Shown here piece after piece: positions 1 through 8,314 of a stretch of DNA of 64,000 bases (positions are counted from its first letter, which is position 1; each line of letters begins with the position of its first letter). The notes beneath the pieces were generated by a model. That model made no database searches, was not told where the DNA came from, and was given only the letters and a program-made list of their open reading frames with translations. Origin of the DNA: Phycisphaeraceae bacterium (lineage in GTDB: Bacteria > Planctomycetota > Phycisphaerae > Phycisphaerales > Phycisphaeraceae); assembly GCA_049611445.1 (NCBI GenBank), contig JBMZAP010000001.1, forward strand, positions 15,308-79,307, in the 5' to 3' direction. A program made the translations under genes and the position numbers.

Positions 1-1
1 G

Positions 2-85
2 GCGGCACTGGACCAAGTGCTGGCGGGGCAAGACGTCACCGTCGAGCAGGTGCCATCGATGGGCTGCAACATCAAGTGGAAATAA
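2..85 (+). CDS. 3-prime fragment of a thioredoxin-fold (redoxin-like) protein, truncated by the window edge
   Basis: Frame 2 is open from the window edge and reads AALDQVLAGQDVTVEQVPSMGCNIKWK, then TAA at 83-85. The PSxGCxIKWK ending resembles C-termini of redoxin-family proteins from memory. Only 27 codons are visible. Confidence 0.35.
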   Translation, partial: AALDQVLAGQDVTVEQVPSMGCNIKWK

Positions 86-88
86 CGG

Positions 89-853
89 TTGAGCCTTGAA
101 CTATTCCTGATTGCGGTCTGCGCGGTGATGATCGCGGCAGTGGTACAGGCAGCGATCGGCTTCGGGGCCGGCATGATTATCCTGCCCATCCTCCTGTGGG
201 CGGGCATGGAGATGGGCCCAATCCTCGCGCTGATGTCCGGTGCGGTCACGGTCCAACTCAGCGTCAAGCTCTGGCACTACCGCCACGAGATCCCCTGGCG
301 GCTGGTGCTCTGGCCCGTCGGCATCGCGCGGCTGATCGGCTACGTCCCCGGCTTTCTTCTCCTGTGGGTGCTGGCCAACTCCAGCGCCAGCGTCGTCAAA
401 CAGGCCGTGGGCGCGATGATCCTCGTCGCGCTGGCCCTGCAACTTGGCCTGCGCATCAAGCCTCGGGAGAAGCTGGCGCAGGGCTGGGCGTGGCTGGCAG
501 GTTTCATCGGCGGGGTGACCGCGGGCGCGGTCGGCATGGGGGGACCGCCATTGGTGCTCTGGGTCGTCGCACACGACTGGCCGACCAAGCAGGCCCGGCT
601 GTTCCTCTGGGCGAGCTTCTGGTTCGTCATGCCGATCCAGATCACGGTGCTGGTATTGATGTTTGAGCCCGTGCCCCAGCTCAAGATGGCCGGCATCGGC
701 GCACTCACCCTGCCCATCGCGATGCTGGGAACCGCAACGGGTCTCTGGCTGGGGCATCGCATCCCCAAGCGGCAACTGCGCTGGGCGATGATCGGGTTGC
801 TGGTACTGCTGGGCGTCAGTTCGCTCGTTGGGCCAATGCTGTCGCCACGCTAA
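89..853 (+). CDS. TauE/SafE (TSUP) family anion-exporter membrane protein
   Basis: 254-aa ORF with a TTG start. It is strongly hydrophobic with multiple TM segments. The glycine-rich motifs AIGFGAGMIILPIL and GGVTAGAVGMGGPPLVLW are typical of TSUP/TauE proteins. Confidence 0.8.
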   Translation: MSLELFLIAVCAVMIAAVVQAAIGFGAGMIILPILLWAGMEMGPILALMSGAVTVQLSVKLWHYRHEIPWRLVLWPVGIARLIGYVPGFLLLWVLANSSASVVKQAVGAMILVALALQLGLRIKPREKLAQGWAWLAGFIGGVTAGAVGMGGPPLVLWVVAHDWPTKQARLFLWASFWFVMPIQITVLVLMFEPVPQLKMAGIGALTLPIAMLGTATGLWLGHRIPKRQLRWAMIGLLVLLGVSSLVGPMLSPR

Positions 854-862
854 GCTCTTGCG

Positions 863-1972
863 ATGCGGATCCTTGCCTTGCAGCCCTACAACGCAATGAG
901 CCACCGGGCCTTCCTGGAGGGGTGGCAGCGTAACAGTCGGCACACCATCGACGTGATGGCCCTGCCCGGCCGGCACTTCAAGTGGCGCATGCGGCAGGCA
1001 CCGGTGGGCTTTGCCAATCTTTTAGCCGGGAGATCGGAGCAGCCGCCCTTCTATGATGCTCTATGGTGCACCTCGATGCTGGACCTCGCGACACTGCGTG
1101 GGATCAGCCGGGAGGTGCAGCGCCTGCCCGCCGCGGTCTACTTCCACGAGAACCAGCTCACCTACCCGACGCGCTACGAAGGCCAGCGTGATCTGCATTT
1201 CGGGCTCACCAACATGACCACCGCGCTGGCAGCAATTGAGTCCTGCCAATCGGTCGGCGATCCCTGTGTCTGGTGGAACTCGGCTTATAACCGCGACAGC
1301 TTCCTTGATGCCCTGAACGAGCTGATCAAGACGATGCCCGACGAGCAGCCGGCGTTTGTCGTCGAGCGGATCCGCAGGCACTCGGCAGTCCACTACCCCG
1401 GGATCGACCCCGTCGAGAAAGTGCCTGCGCGCGATTCGAACGAGCCGCCTCTACTGCTCTGGGCGGCACGTTGGGAATACGACAAGGGGCCCGAGCGCTT
1501 CTTCGAGGCGCTGGAACTGCTCGACCAGCGTGGCATCGCATTCCGGCTCAGCGTCATCGGCGAGCAATTCGCAGAGGCCCCCACGTGTTTCAAACACGCG
1601 CAAGAACGCTTCGCTGACCGCATCGTCCGCTGGGGCTATCAGCAGGAAAAGAGCGCGTATGAGGCGGCGTTGAGCGAGGCGGACATCATCGTCTCGACCA
1701 GTACACACGAGTTCTTCGGCCTGGCGGTCGCTGAAGCGGTCAGCGCGGGGTGTACGCCTGTTCTACCCAACGCGCTAGCCTACCCCGAGGTCTGGGCCGA
1801 GCGCGCGATCTATCACGACCAAACCGCCGAAAGTGTCGCCAGCGCGATCGAACAGGCCCTGCAAAGCGATCTGAATCGCGATCAGATGCGCGGCGCCGCC
1901 GAGCGACTCGCCTGGTCGCATGTCGCGCCCCAGCTCGATCGTGCGATTGAAACACTTGTTTCAGGAACGTGA
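863..1972 (+). CDS. DUF3524-type GT4 glycosyltransferase (GTDC1/QTMAN-like)
   Basis: ATG at 863, 9 nt after the upstream stop. The N-terminal MRILALQPYNAMSHRAF...LPGRHFKWRMR...YFHENQLTYP matches the DUF3524 signature remembered from GTDC1 (LP.kkWhWR, FHENQL.YP). The C-terminal half has the GT4 EX7E-type region STHEFFGLAVAEAVSAG. Confidence 0.85.
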   Translation: MRILALQPYNAMSHRAFLEGWQRNSRHTIDVMALPGRHFKWRMRQAPVGFANLLAGRSEQPPFYDALWCTSMLDLATLRGISREVQRLPAAVYFHENQLTYPTRYEGQRDLHFGLTNMTTALAAIESCQSVGDPCVWWNSAYNRDSFLDALNELIKTMPDEQPAFVVERIRRHSAVHYPGIDPVEKVPARDSNEPPLLLWAARWEYDKGPERFFEALELLDQRGIAFRLSVIGEQFAEAPTCFKHAQERFADRIVRWGYQQEKSAYEAALSEADIIVSTSTHEFFGLAVAEAVSAGCTPVLPNALAYPEVWAERAIYHDQTAESVASAIEQALQSDLNRDQMRGAAERLAWSHVAPQLDRAIETLVSGT

Positions 1973-2692
1973 CGCATCGGCCAACTCCGCCGCCGTCCGC
2001 CCAAAACGTGGGTCGCGCAGTGTCTGGTCCGCCCCGCCAACCTTTAAGCGATCCGCCACGCCATCCATTGCCGTGCCCACGTCCACACACCGGTGCAGCG
2101 GCGTATAGCCGTTCGGTTCTTTTGGGCAGACATGGTCCACATCCGCGCCCGCCTCAATCAGGGCGATCGCGACTTCGCTATGCCCGCCCGCGATCGCCCA
2201 GTGCAGGGGTGTGCGGTCCTGGTCATCCACCGGGTCAACCATGCAGCCCACGCCAAGCAGCCGATGGGCGATCTCTACGTGCCCTGCCTCGGCCGCGACA
2301 CTGATCGCGCTGCGGTGGTTCGCATCCAGCAGGCCCGTATCCGTATGCCGATCGATCAGAAGCCGGACCACCTCGCCATGCCCGGCCCGGCTGGCAAGGA
2401 TCAGCGGCGTCGCCCGGCCGTGCATCGGCGTACGAAAGCGGGTCCGCGCATCGACAGAAGCACCCGCATCGAGCAGAAGCGTGACCAGCTCAACCGAGCC
2501 GTTCTGCGCCGCGCGGTGCAGGCCCAGCCACATCTCTTCACCCCAGTCCCGCTCGACCGGGATCGGCGTACCAGTCAGCCTCGGCTCAGCCTCCAAGAGC
2601 GCAGCCAACCCCGCTGTGTCACCGCGTTCAATCGCCTGGTCCATCGCATATGCCTGGTCTTCACGCATCGCCGCATGATAGCCCCCCTGCAC
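1961..2692 (-). CDS. ankyrin-repeat protein
   Basis: Repeated ankyrin consensus: TPLHWAIAGGHSEVAIALIEAGADVD, ATPLILASRAGHGEVVRLLI, LHRAAQNGSVELVTLLLDAGASVD. Overlaps the upstream convergent gene by 12 nt. The start could be M1, M9 or M17. Confidence 0.85.
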   Translation of the reverse strand: MQGGYHAAMREDQAYAMDQAIERGDTAGLAALLEAEPRLTGTPIPVERDWGEEMWLGLHRAAQNGSVELVTLLLDAGASVDARTRFRTPMHGRATPLILASRAGHGEVVRLLIDRHTDTGLLDANHRSAISVAAEAGHVEIAHRLLGVGCMVDPVDDQDRTPLHWAIAGGHSEVAIALIEAGADVDHVCPKEPNGYTPLHRCVDVGTAMDGVADRLKVGGADQTLRDPRFGRTAAELADASRS

Positions 2693-2729
2693 TCACGAAA
2701 GCTGCGCGACCTGCCGTTACAATCAGGCC

Positions 2730-4934
2730 ATGGCCAAGAAAAGCAAAAAGAAGAAGTCCACCACAGCTACCTCTAAAGCATCAAAGAAGAAGGCCAAGCG
2801 CTCGGTCAAAAAGGCTGCTTCAAAGAAGGCGTCCATCGCCGCCGCAGCACGATCGAGCAAGAAATCATCGACAAAAAAGTCAATCAAGAAAGCCAACAAG
2901 AAGTCGAGTGGTAAGTCTGTCAAGCCCACCGTCGAAAGTGCAAAGGCAGAAGAGAAACCCGTCTCGCCTCCGCCGTTGATCGATCGCACACCTAAGGCCC
3001 AGCCGCCAAGCAAACCCGCCGAGATCGAGTCGGCACCGCCTATTCAGGGCAAGCCGGTTGAAGTGCCTGCGCCAACGCCTGCACCCGTGAAACCCGTGCC
3101 GACCCCCGCACCGCCTGTCGACGAAGCCATCGTCCAGATCAAGCGTGCCGATCCGATCCTTCTCGAGGTCGGCTGGGAGGTCTGCAACAAACTTGGCGGG
3201 ATCTACACCGTCCTGCGCACCAAGGTCCCGTCCATGATGGCGCGCTGGGGCAAGCGCTATTGCCTCGTTGGCCCCTACAACCACGACACCGCGCAGGTCG
3301 AGTTCGAACCCGCCGGCCCCGAACAGATGGACACCCCCGTCGGCCAGGCCGTGCAGCAAATGCGCGAGATGGGCTACGGCGTCGAGTACGGGCACTGGCT
3401 TGTCACCGGCCGACCACAGGCGGTACTCCTGCATGTTGGTGACGCCAAGCGATATCTCAGCGATGTGAAGTACCGGCTCTGGGCCGACCACAACATCCCC
3501 ACGCCCGATGGCGACGCACTGGCCGATGACGTCGTCGCCTTCGGCGAAGCAGTCCGCATGCTGCTCTTTCTTCTTGGCGAGCAGCAAAGTGAAAAACGCG
3601 ACCTCGTCGCACACTTCCATGAGTGGATGGCCGGCGTCTGCATCCCCATGCTCCGCCAGGAAAACTGGCCCGGCTCGATTGTCTTCACCACCCACGCCAC
3701 GCTGCTGGGCCGATACCTGGCCATGCACAACCCCGCGTTCTACGACCACCTCTCATTCTTCGACCCCGCACACGAAGCACACCACTTCAACATCGAGTTC
3801 CAGCACGGCGTCGAACGCGCTGCGGCGCACGGCAGCCACGTCTTTACTACCGTCTCCGACGTCACCGCCATGGAGTGCCGACACCTGCTCGGCCGAGACC
3901 CGGATGTGCTTTTGCCCAACGGGCTAAACATCCAGCGCTTTGCCGCGCTGCACGAGTTCCAGAACCTCCACAACCAGTCCAAGCAGCGCATCCACGAATT
4001 CACGATGGCGCACTTCTTCCCGTCCTATACCTTCGACCTGGACAACACGCTGTACTTCTTCACCTCCGGTCGATACGAGTACCGCAACAAGGGCATGGAC
4101 CTGTGCATCGAATCGTTGGCGCGGCTGAACCACCGGCTGAAGGTCGCCGAGTCACCCATGACGGTTGTGTTCTTCATCATCACCCGCGCGCCGGTTCACT
4201 CGATCAGCGTCGGCGAGTTGGAATCCGCTGCGAACCTCGAAGACTTCCGCAGGATTGCCGAGAACATGACCGAGCAGATGCAGGACCGCATCGTCGCCCA
4301 CGCGGCTCAGGGCCGTGTCCCCGACCTCAACGCACTGGTCGATGAATACTGGCGGCTTCGTCTGCGCCGCTCGATTCATGCTTGGAAACGCAACTGGCTG
4401 CCGCCCATCGTGACCCACGATCTCAAGGACGATTCAAAAGACGACGTGCTCGAACAGCTGCGCCGCTGCAACCTGCTCAACCACGAGAATGACCGCGTCA
4501 AGGTCATCTTCCACCCCGACTTCATCAGCCCGACCAGCCCGCTGTTCGGCCTGGAGTACGACGACTTCGTCCGCGGCAACCACATGGGCGTCTTCCCCAG
4601 TTACTACGAGCCGTGGGGCTACACCCCGCTCGAGTCCATCGCGCTCGGCGTCCCGGCGATCACCTCGGACCTGTCCGGCTTCGGCAGCTACCTCGCCCAG
4701 TTGCTCCCCGACCATGAAGAGCAGGGCCTGTTCTGCGTCCAGCGCCGCTACAAGAGTTACCACGAGGCCGCCGACCAACTCACCGACATCATGTTCCGCT
4801 ACACCGAGATGAGCCGCCGCGAACGTATCAGCCTGCGCAACACCGTCGAGAGCTACAGCGAACACTTCGACTGGCACAACCTCGGAAGGCGCTACAACGA
4901 AGCGCATGAATTAGCGCTGGACCGTGTGGAGTGA
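2730..4934 (+). CDS. GT3-family (eukaryote-type) glycogen synthase with a lysine-rich N-terminal extension
   Basis: The core from about aa 145 (ILLEVGWEVCNKLGGIYTVLRTKVP...HFHEWMAG...TTHATLLGRY...FPSYYEPWGYTPLESIALGVPAITSDLSGFG) matches GT3 glycogen synthase motifs. The first ~140 aa are K/S/A-rich and then P/A-rich, in frame with no stop. An alternative GTG start near 3086-3095 cannot be excluded. Confidence 0.85.
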   Translation: MAKKSKKKKSTTATSKASKKKAKRSVKKAASKKASIAAAARSSKKSSTKKSIKKANKKSSGKSVKPTVESAKAEEKPVSPPPLIDRTPKAQPPSKPAEIESAPPIQGKPVEVPAPTPAPVKPVPTPAPPVDEAIVQIKRADPILLEVGWEVCNKLGGIYTVLRTKVPSMMARWGKRYCLVGPYNHDTAQVEFEPAGPEQMDTPVGQAVQQMREMGYGVEYGHWLVTGRPQAVLLHVGDAKRYLSDVKYRLWADHNIPTPDGDALADDVVAFGEAVRMLLFLLGEQQSEKRDLVAHFHEWMAGVCIPMLRQENWPGSIVFTTHATLLGRYLAMHNPAFYDHLSFFDPAHEAHHFNIEFQHGVERAAAHGSHVFTTVSDVTAMECRHLLGRDPDVLLPNGLNIQRFAALHEFQNLHNQSKQRIHEFTMAHFFPSYTFDLDNTLYFFTSGRYEYRNKGMDLCIESLARLNHRLKVAESPMTVVFFIITRAPVHSISVGELESAANLEDFRRIAENMTEQMQDRIVAHAAQGRVPDLNALVDEYWRLRLRRSIHAWKRNWLPPIVTHDLKDDSKDDVLEQLRRCNLLNHENDRVKVIFHPDFISPTSPLFGLEYDDFVRGNHMGVFPSYYEPWGYTPLESIALGVPAITSDLSGFGSYLAQLLPDHEEQGLFCVQRRYKSYHEAADQLTDIMFRYTEMSRRERISLRNTVESYSEHFDWHNLGRRYNEAHELALDRVE

Positions 4935-4958
4935 TCGTGCAAGCGATTGTCGCGGTTA

Positions 4959-5004
4959 TATAAACCTGCTCTTTTCGCAAGCGGATTCCGTTCGCAGGTT
5001 TATA
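4959..5004 (+). terminator. perfect 11-bp inverted repeat (TATAAACCTGC / GCAGGTTTATA) with a 24-nt loop, downstream of glycogen synthase
   Basis: Left arm 4959-4969, right arm 4994-5004, read directly. It lies between the stop at 4934 and the likely start at 5013. There is no clean U-tract, so it may be a terminator or a protein-binding palindrome. Confidence 0.35.
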
Positions 5005-5012
5005 CTTCCAGC

Positions 5013-5897
5013 ATGATGCTCTTGAACATACGGCTCGTCTACGTTCTATTGCTTCTAGTAAGTTGCCTTACGGGATGTAATGGCTTTGCAAGTACAAAGC
5101 CCACCACCATCAAGGCGATGACTTACAACCTCTGGGGCAGGATGAGTGGCGAGCGGCTGGCTGAGTTCATTGATGCGGCCGATGTCGGCATCATCGCAAC
5201 ACAGGAGAACGGCAACTGCAAGAACCTGGAAAAGGCGGCCGAGCTGCTCGGCCCCGAGTGGTCGGCGATCTACCCCGGCTTCAACACGCCACACCTGAAG
5301 CAACCCCCGGAGCGCAGGCCCAACTTCTGGGTCGGCGGGCACCACATGCCCGCAGCGCTGATCACCAAGTACCCGATCGTTGAGCACCAGTTCTACAACA
5401 TCAAGGACACGCCAGAGGACTGGATCGACGCGCGCATCATCGAGTGTTATCGCAGCTGCCTTCGTGTCAGACTCCAGGTCGACGAAGAACAGTTTGTCAC
5501 CGTCTTCTCGCTGCATGGCAACCCATGGAACGGTGAATGGCGCATCCGTGAGTTCGCCGGCGTCATCAAACAACTCGACGGCTACCATCCCGACGACCCG
5601 ACAATCATTCTTGGCGACTTCAATGCGATCCCTTACACTGACAGTCCCAAAGACCCCAACGACGCGAAGTCAACAAAACTGCTCAGCGACGCCGGCTTTG
5701 TCGACACCTTCCGCGCGGTCCACCCTGACCCGGCCACGCACCCGGGTTTGACCCACAAAGCTGGGCGGATCGATCTGATTTATGTCCGGAATGTGGAACG
5801 AATCGTCGAAAGTTTTGTGGTTGAGGAGCCAACCTTTGGTTCAAAGGACGCGGAATCGGACCACCAGCCATATGTCGCCGAGCTCATAATCCGATAG
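5013..5897 (+). CDS. endonuclease/exonuclease/phosphatase (EEP) family lipoprotein
   Basis: Trimmed to the internal ATG at 5013 (MMLLNIRLVYVLLLLVSCLTGC, a lipobox-like signal). EEP motifs present: MTYNLWG, ATQEN, LGDFNA, SDHQPY. Confidence 0.8.
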   Translation: MMLLNIRLVYVLLLLVSCLTGCNGFASTKPTTIKAMTYNLWGRMSGERLAEFIDAADVGIIATQENGNCKNLEKAAELLGPEWSAIYPGFNTPHLKQPPERRPNFWVGGHHMPAALITKYPIVEHQFYNIKDTPEDWIDARIIECYRSCLRVRLQVDEEQFVTVFSLHGNPWNGEWRIREFAGVIKQLDGYHPDDPTIILGDFNAIPYTDSPKDPNDAKSTKLLSDAGFVDTFRAVHPDPATHPGLTHKAGRIDLIYVRNVERIVESFVVEEPTFGSKDAESDHQPYVAELIIR

Positions 5898-5932
5898 GCC
5901 GTCGATCTGTTTGAGGCGCAACAAACTATGAT

Positions 5933-8299
5933 GTGCCTATGCAGCGTTTATTGAAGTTGTTAACGACCGCAGCGGGCTTTCTACTGGCCTTTGTGGGGGT
6001 GATCGTCGTCCTGTCCACAGCGTCCTGCTCGGACGCGGGTGAGCATGGATCGACCAGCAATACAGACGACCCAATGGATGTCGTCAATGCTTCGGGCTTT
6101 ATCGGCGCTTCTGCCTGTGCCCAGTGTCACGAGAAAGAGCACGGCGACTGGCTGGGATCACACCATGACCTGGCCATGAAGGTCGCTAACGATGACACCG
6201 TCGTCGGCGACTTCAACAACACGACCTTCACCCACTCCGGCAATACCTCGCGCTTCTTCAAAAAGGACGGCAAGTACTTCGTCCACACCGACGGCCCTGA
6301 CGGAAAGATGGCCGACTTCGAGATCAAGTACACCTATGGCATCGAGCCACTGCAACAGTATCTCGTTGAGTTCGAAGGCGGCAAGATCCAGGCGCTGACG
6401 ATCTGCTGGGACGATCGGCCTGAAGAAGAAGGCGGACAACGCTGGTACCACCTGTATCCGGACGAGGATCTGCCGCACACTGACGCCCTGCACTGGACCG
6501 GCCCGAACTTCACATGGAACCACATGTGTGCCGAGTGCCACTCGACGAACCTGCAGAAGAATTACGACGTCAAGACCGACACGTACAAGACGACCTGGTC
6601 TGAGATCAACGTCTCGTGTGAGTCCTGTCACGGCCCGGGCGAATCACACAAAGAGTGGGCCGACCTCTACGCCTTGGGCAAGACCAAAGAGAAAGGCGAC
6701 ATGGGTCTGACCATTCGCTTGAAGGACGAGACCCGCCAGTGGGTGATGAATACGGAAACGGGGATCGCCGAGCGTGCGACGCCGTTGGCAGAAGACAAGG
6801 TGCTCAATGCCTGTGCGCGTTGCCATTCGCGCCGTTCACAGATCGCAGACGGCCCGGACGCGGGCGTGTCGTTTCATGACAACTACCGCGTGTCGCACCT
6901 GACCGAGGGGCTGTACTTCCCCGATGGGCAGATCCAGGACGAGGTGTACGTCTGGGGCTCGTTCGTGCAGAGCAAGATGCACATGAAGGGCGTGTCGTGC
7001 ATGGACTGCCACGACCCGCACACGACGAAAGTGCCAACGCTGAGCAATGACCTGTGTGCCAAGTGCCACATGCCAAGCAAATTCGACACACCCGAGCACC
7101 ACTTCCACCCGGCCGACTCAACGGGTGCCTCGTGTATCAACTGCCACATGCCACACCGGACCTACATGGGGATCGATGCGCGACGGGATCACAGCTTTAA
7201 GATCCCTCGGCCTGATCTTTCTCTTGAGCTGGATACGCCTAACGCCTGCAACCAATGCCACAGCGAAGAAACGGTTGAATGGGCCGCAGAAAAGGCTGGG
7301 GAATGGTGGGGTGTGCGGGTTGAAGAAAAGGCTCATTACGGCCGTGTCTTCCTTGCAGCGCGTGAGAATGAAGCGGGTACAGACCAGGACCTCCTTGAGA
7401 TCGTGCGCGACAAAGAGCGGCCGCCAATCGTGCGCGGCACCGCGGTGATTTACCTCAGCCGGTTCCCGACGCGCGCGGCGGCGCAGGGCGTGATCGAAGC
7501 GCTGAGCGATGACGAGCCGATGGTGCGTCTTGCGGCAAGTGATGCGCTCAGCGATATGCCGATCCAGGCACGGTTGCGCCCGGCCCTGAAGCTGCTCGAC
7601 GACCCGCTGCGATCGGTCCGTATCGAGGCAGGCGAAGCACTGGCGGACGTGACCAAGGAGCAGGTCAGCCCATCTGATCACGAGAAAATCCTGAACGCGA
7701 TCGCAGAGTACCGCAAGGCGCAGGAAGTCAGTGCGGACACCGCCGCGGCAACGATGAACCTCGGCACCCTTGCCTACCGCTTGCGTGACTTCCCCGTCGC
7801 GATCCAGCAGTTCAATCGTGTCTTGGAGATCGACCCGTCGTTTTACCCCGCGTATGCCAACCTCGCGACGATGTACGCCGATGCAGACCGGCTTCAAGAG
7901 GCACAACGCCTCTTGGATAAGGGGCTCGTGCAACTGCCCAAGCAACCAGACCTGCTGTATTCAAAGGCGATGCTTTCTATTCGGGTGCGTGACTACCGAC
8001 AGGCAATCAACCTCCTGTCTGAGGCGTATGAAGCGGCACCCGAGCGTTCCGATATCGCGTATGCATTCGGCGTCGCGCTGTATGACACAGGCAACAAGCC
8101 CGGTGCGATCGTCACGCTGAAGCAGGCGCTGCAGCGCGTACCGAATGATGTGCAGATCCTCTTGGCACTGACAACCTATCACCGTGATATGGGCAGGCTC
8201 AGTGACGCGCTCCAATATGCCAAGCGCGTTCAGGAGTTGATGCCTGAGGATGCCGGAATCAGGCAGTTGATCCAGCAACTGGAAAATACTCGCCCCTGA
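5933..8299 (+). CDS. octaheme c-type cytochrome fused to HEAT-like and TPR repeats, probable lipoprotein
   Basis: Eight CXXCH motifs between nt 6116 and 7261: CAQCH, CAECH, CESCH, CARCH, CMDCH, CAKCH, CINCH, CNQCH. Signal with LSTASC. C-terminal HEAT-like (DDEPMVRLAASDAL, DDPLRSVRIEAGEAL) and TPR repeats. Start is GTG 5933 or ATG 5939. Confidence 0.85.
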   Translation: MPMQRLLKLLTTAAGFLLAFVGVIVVLSTASCSDAGEHGSTSNTDDPMDVVNASGFIGASACAQCHEKEHGDWLGSHHDLAMKVANDDTVVGDFNNTTFTHSGNTSRFFKKDGKYFVHTDGPDGKMADFEIKYTYGIEPLQQYLVEFEGGKIQALTICWDDRPEEEGGQRWYHLYPDEDLPHTDALHWTGPNFTWNHMCAECHSTNLQKNYDVKTDTYKTTWSEINVSCESCHGPGESHKEWADLYALGKTKEKGDMGLTIRLKDETRQWVMNTETGIAERATPLAEDKVLNACARCHSRRSQIADGPDAGVSFHDNYRVSHLTEGLYFPDGQIQDEVYVWGSFVQSKMHMKGVSCMDCHDPHTTKVPTLSNDLCAKCHMPSKFDTPEHHFHPADSTGASCINCHMPHRTYMGIDARRDHSFKIPRPDLSLELDTPNACNQCHSEETVEWAAEKAGEWWGVRVEEKAHYGRVFLAARENEAGTDQDLLEIVRDKERPPIVRGTAVIYLSRFPTRAAAQGVIEALSDDEPMVRLAASDALSDMPIQARLRPALKLLDDPLRSVRIEAGEALADVTKEQVSPSDHEKILNAIAEYRKAQEVSADTAAATMNLGTLAYRLRDFPVAIQQFNRVLEIDPSFYPAYANLATMYADADRLQEAQRLLDKGLVQLPKQPDLLYSKAMLSIRVRDYRQAINLLSEAYEAAPERSDIAYAFGVALYDTGNKPGAIVTLKQALQRVPNDVQILLALTTYHRDMGRLSDALQYAKRVQELMPEDAGIRQLIQQLENTRP

Positions 8300-8314
8300 T
8301 TACTGATAGATGGG

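Noticed and set aside
101-976. 291-aa minus-strand ORF covering the TauE gene. Similar long antisense or alternate-frame ORFs include 2093..2776, 2880..3749, 27702..28724, 40574..41695, 44313..45380, 44623..45612, 56349..57092 and 58350..59291.
   Set aside because: Their translations are Arg/Pro/Gly/Ala-rich low-complexity strings with no motifs. Each lies opposite or out of frame to an ORF with clear family signatures. This is the expected artefact of stop-codon depletion in ~60% GC DNA.
2730-2950. The lysine-rich region as a separate histone-like or HU-like small gene upstream of glycogen synthase.
   Set aside because: No stop codon separates it from the GT3 core, and no internal ATG precedes the conserved N-terminal core motif. 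A fusion is the simpler reading.
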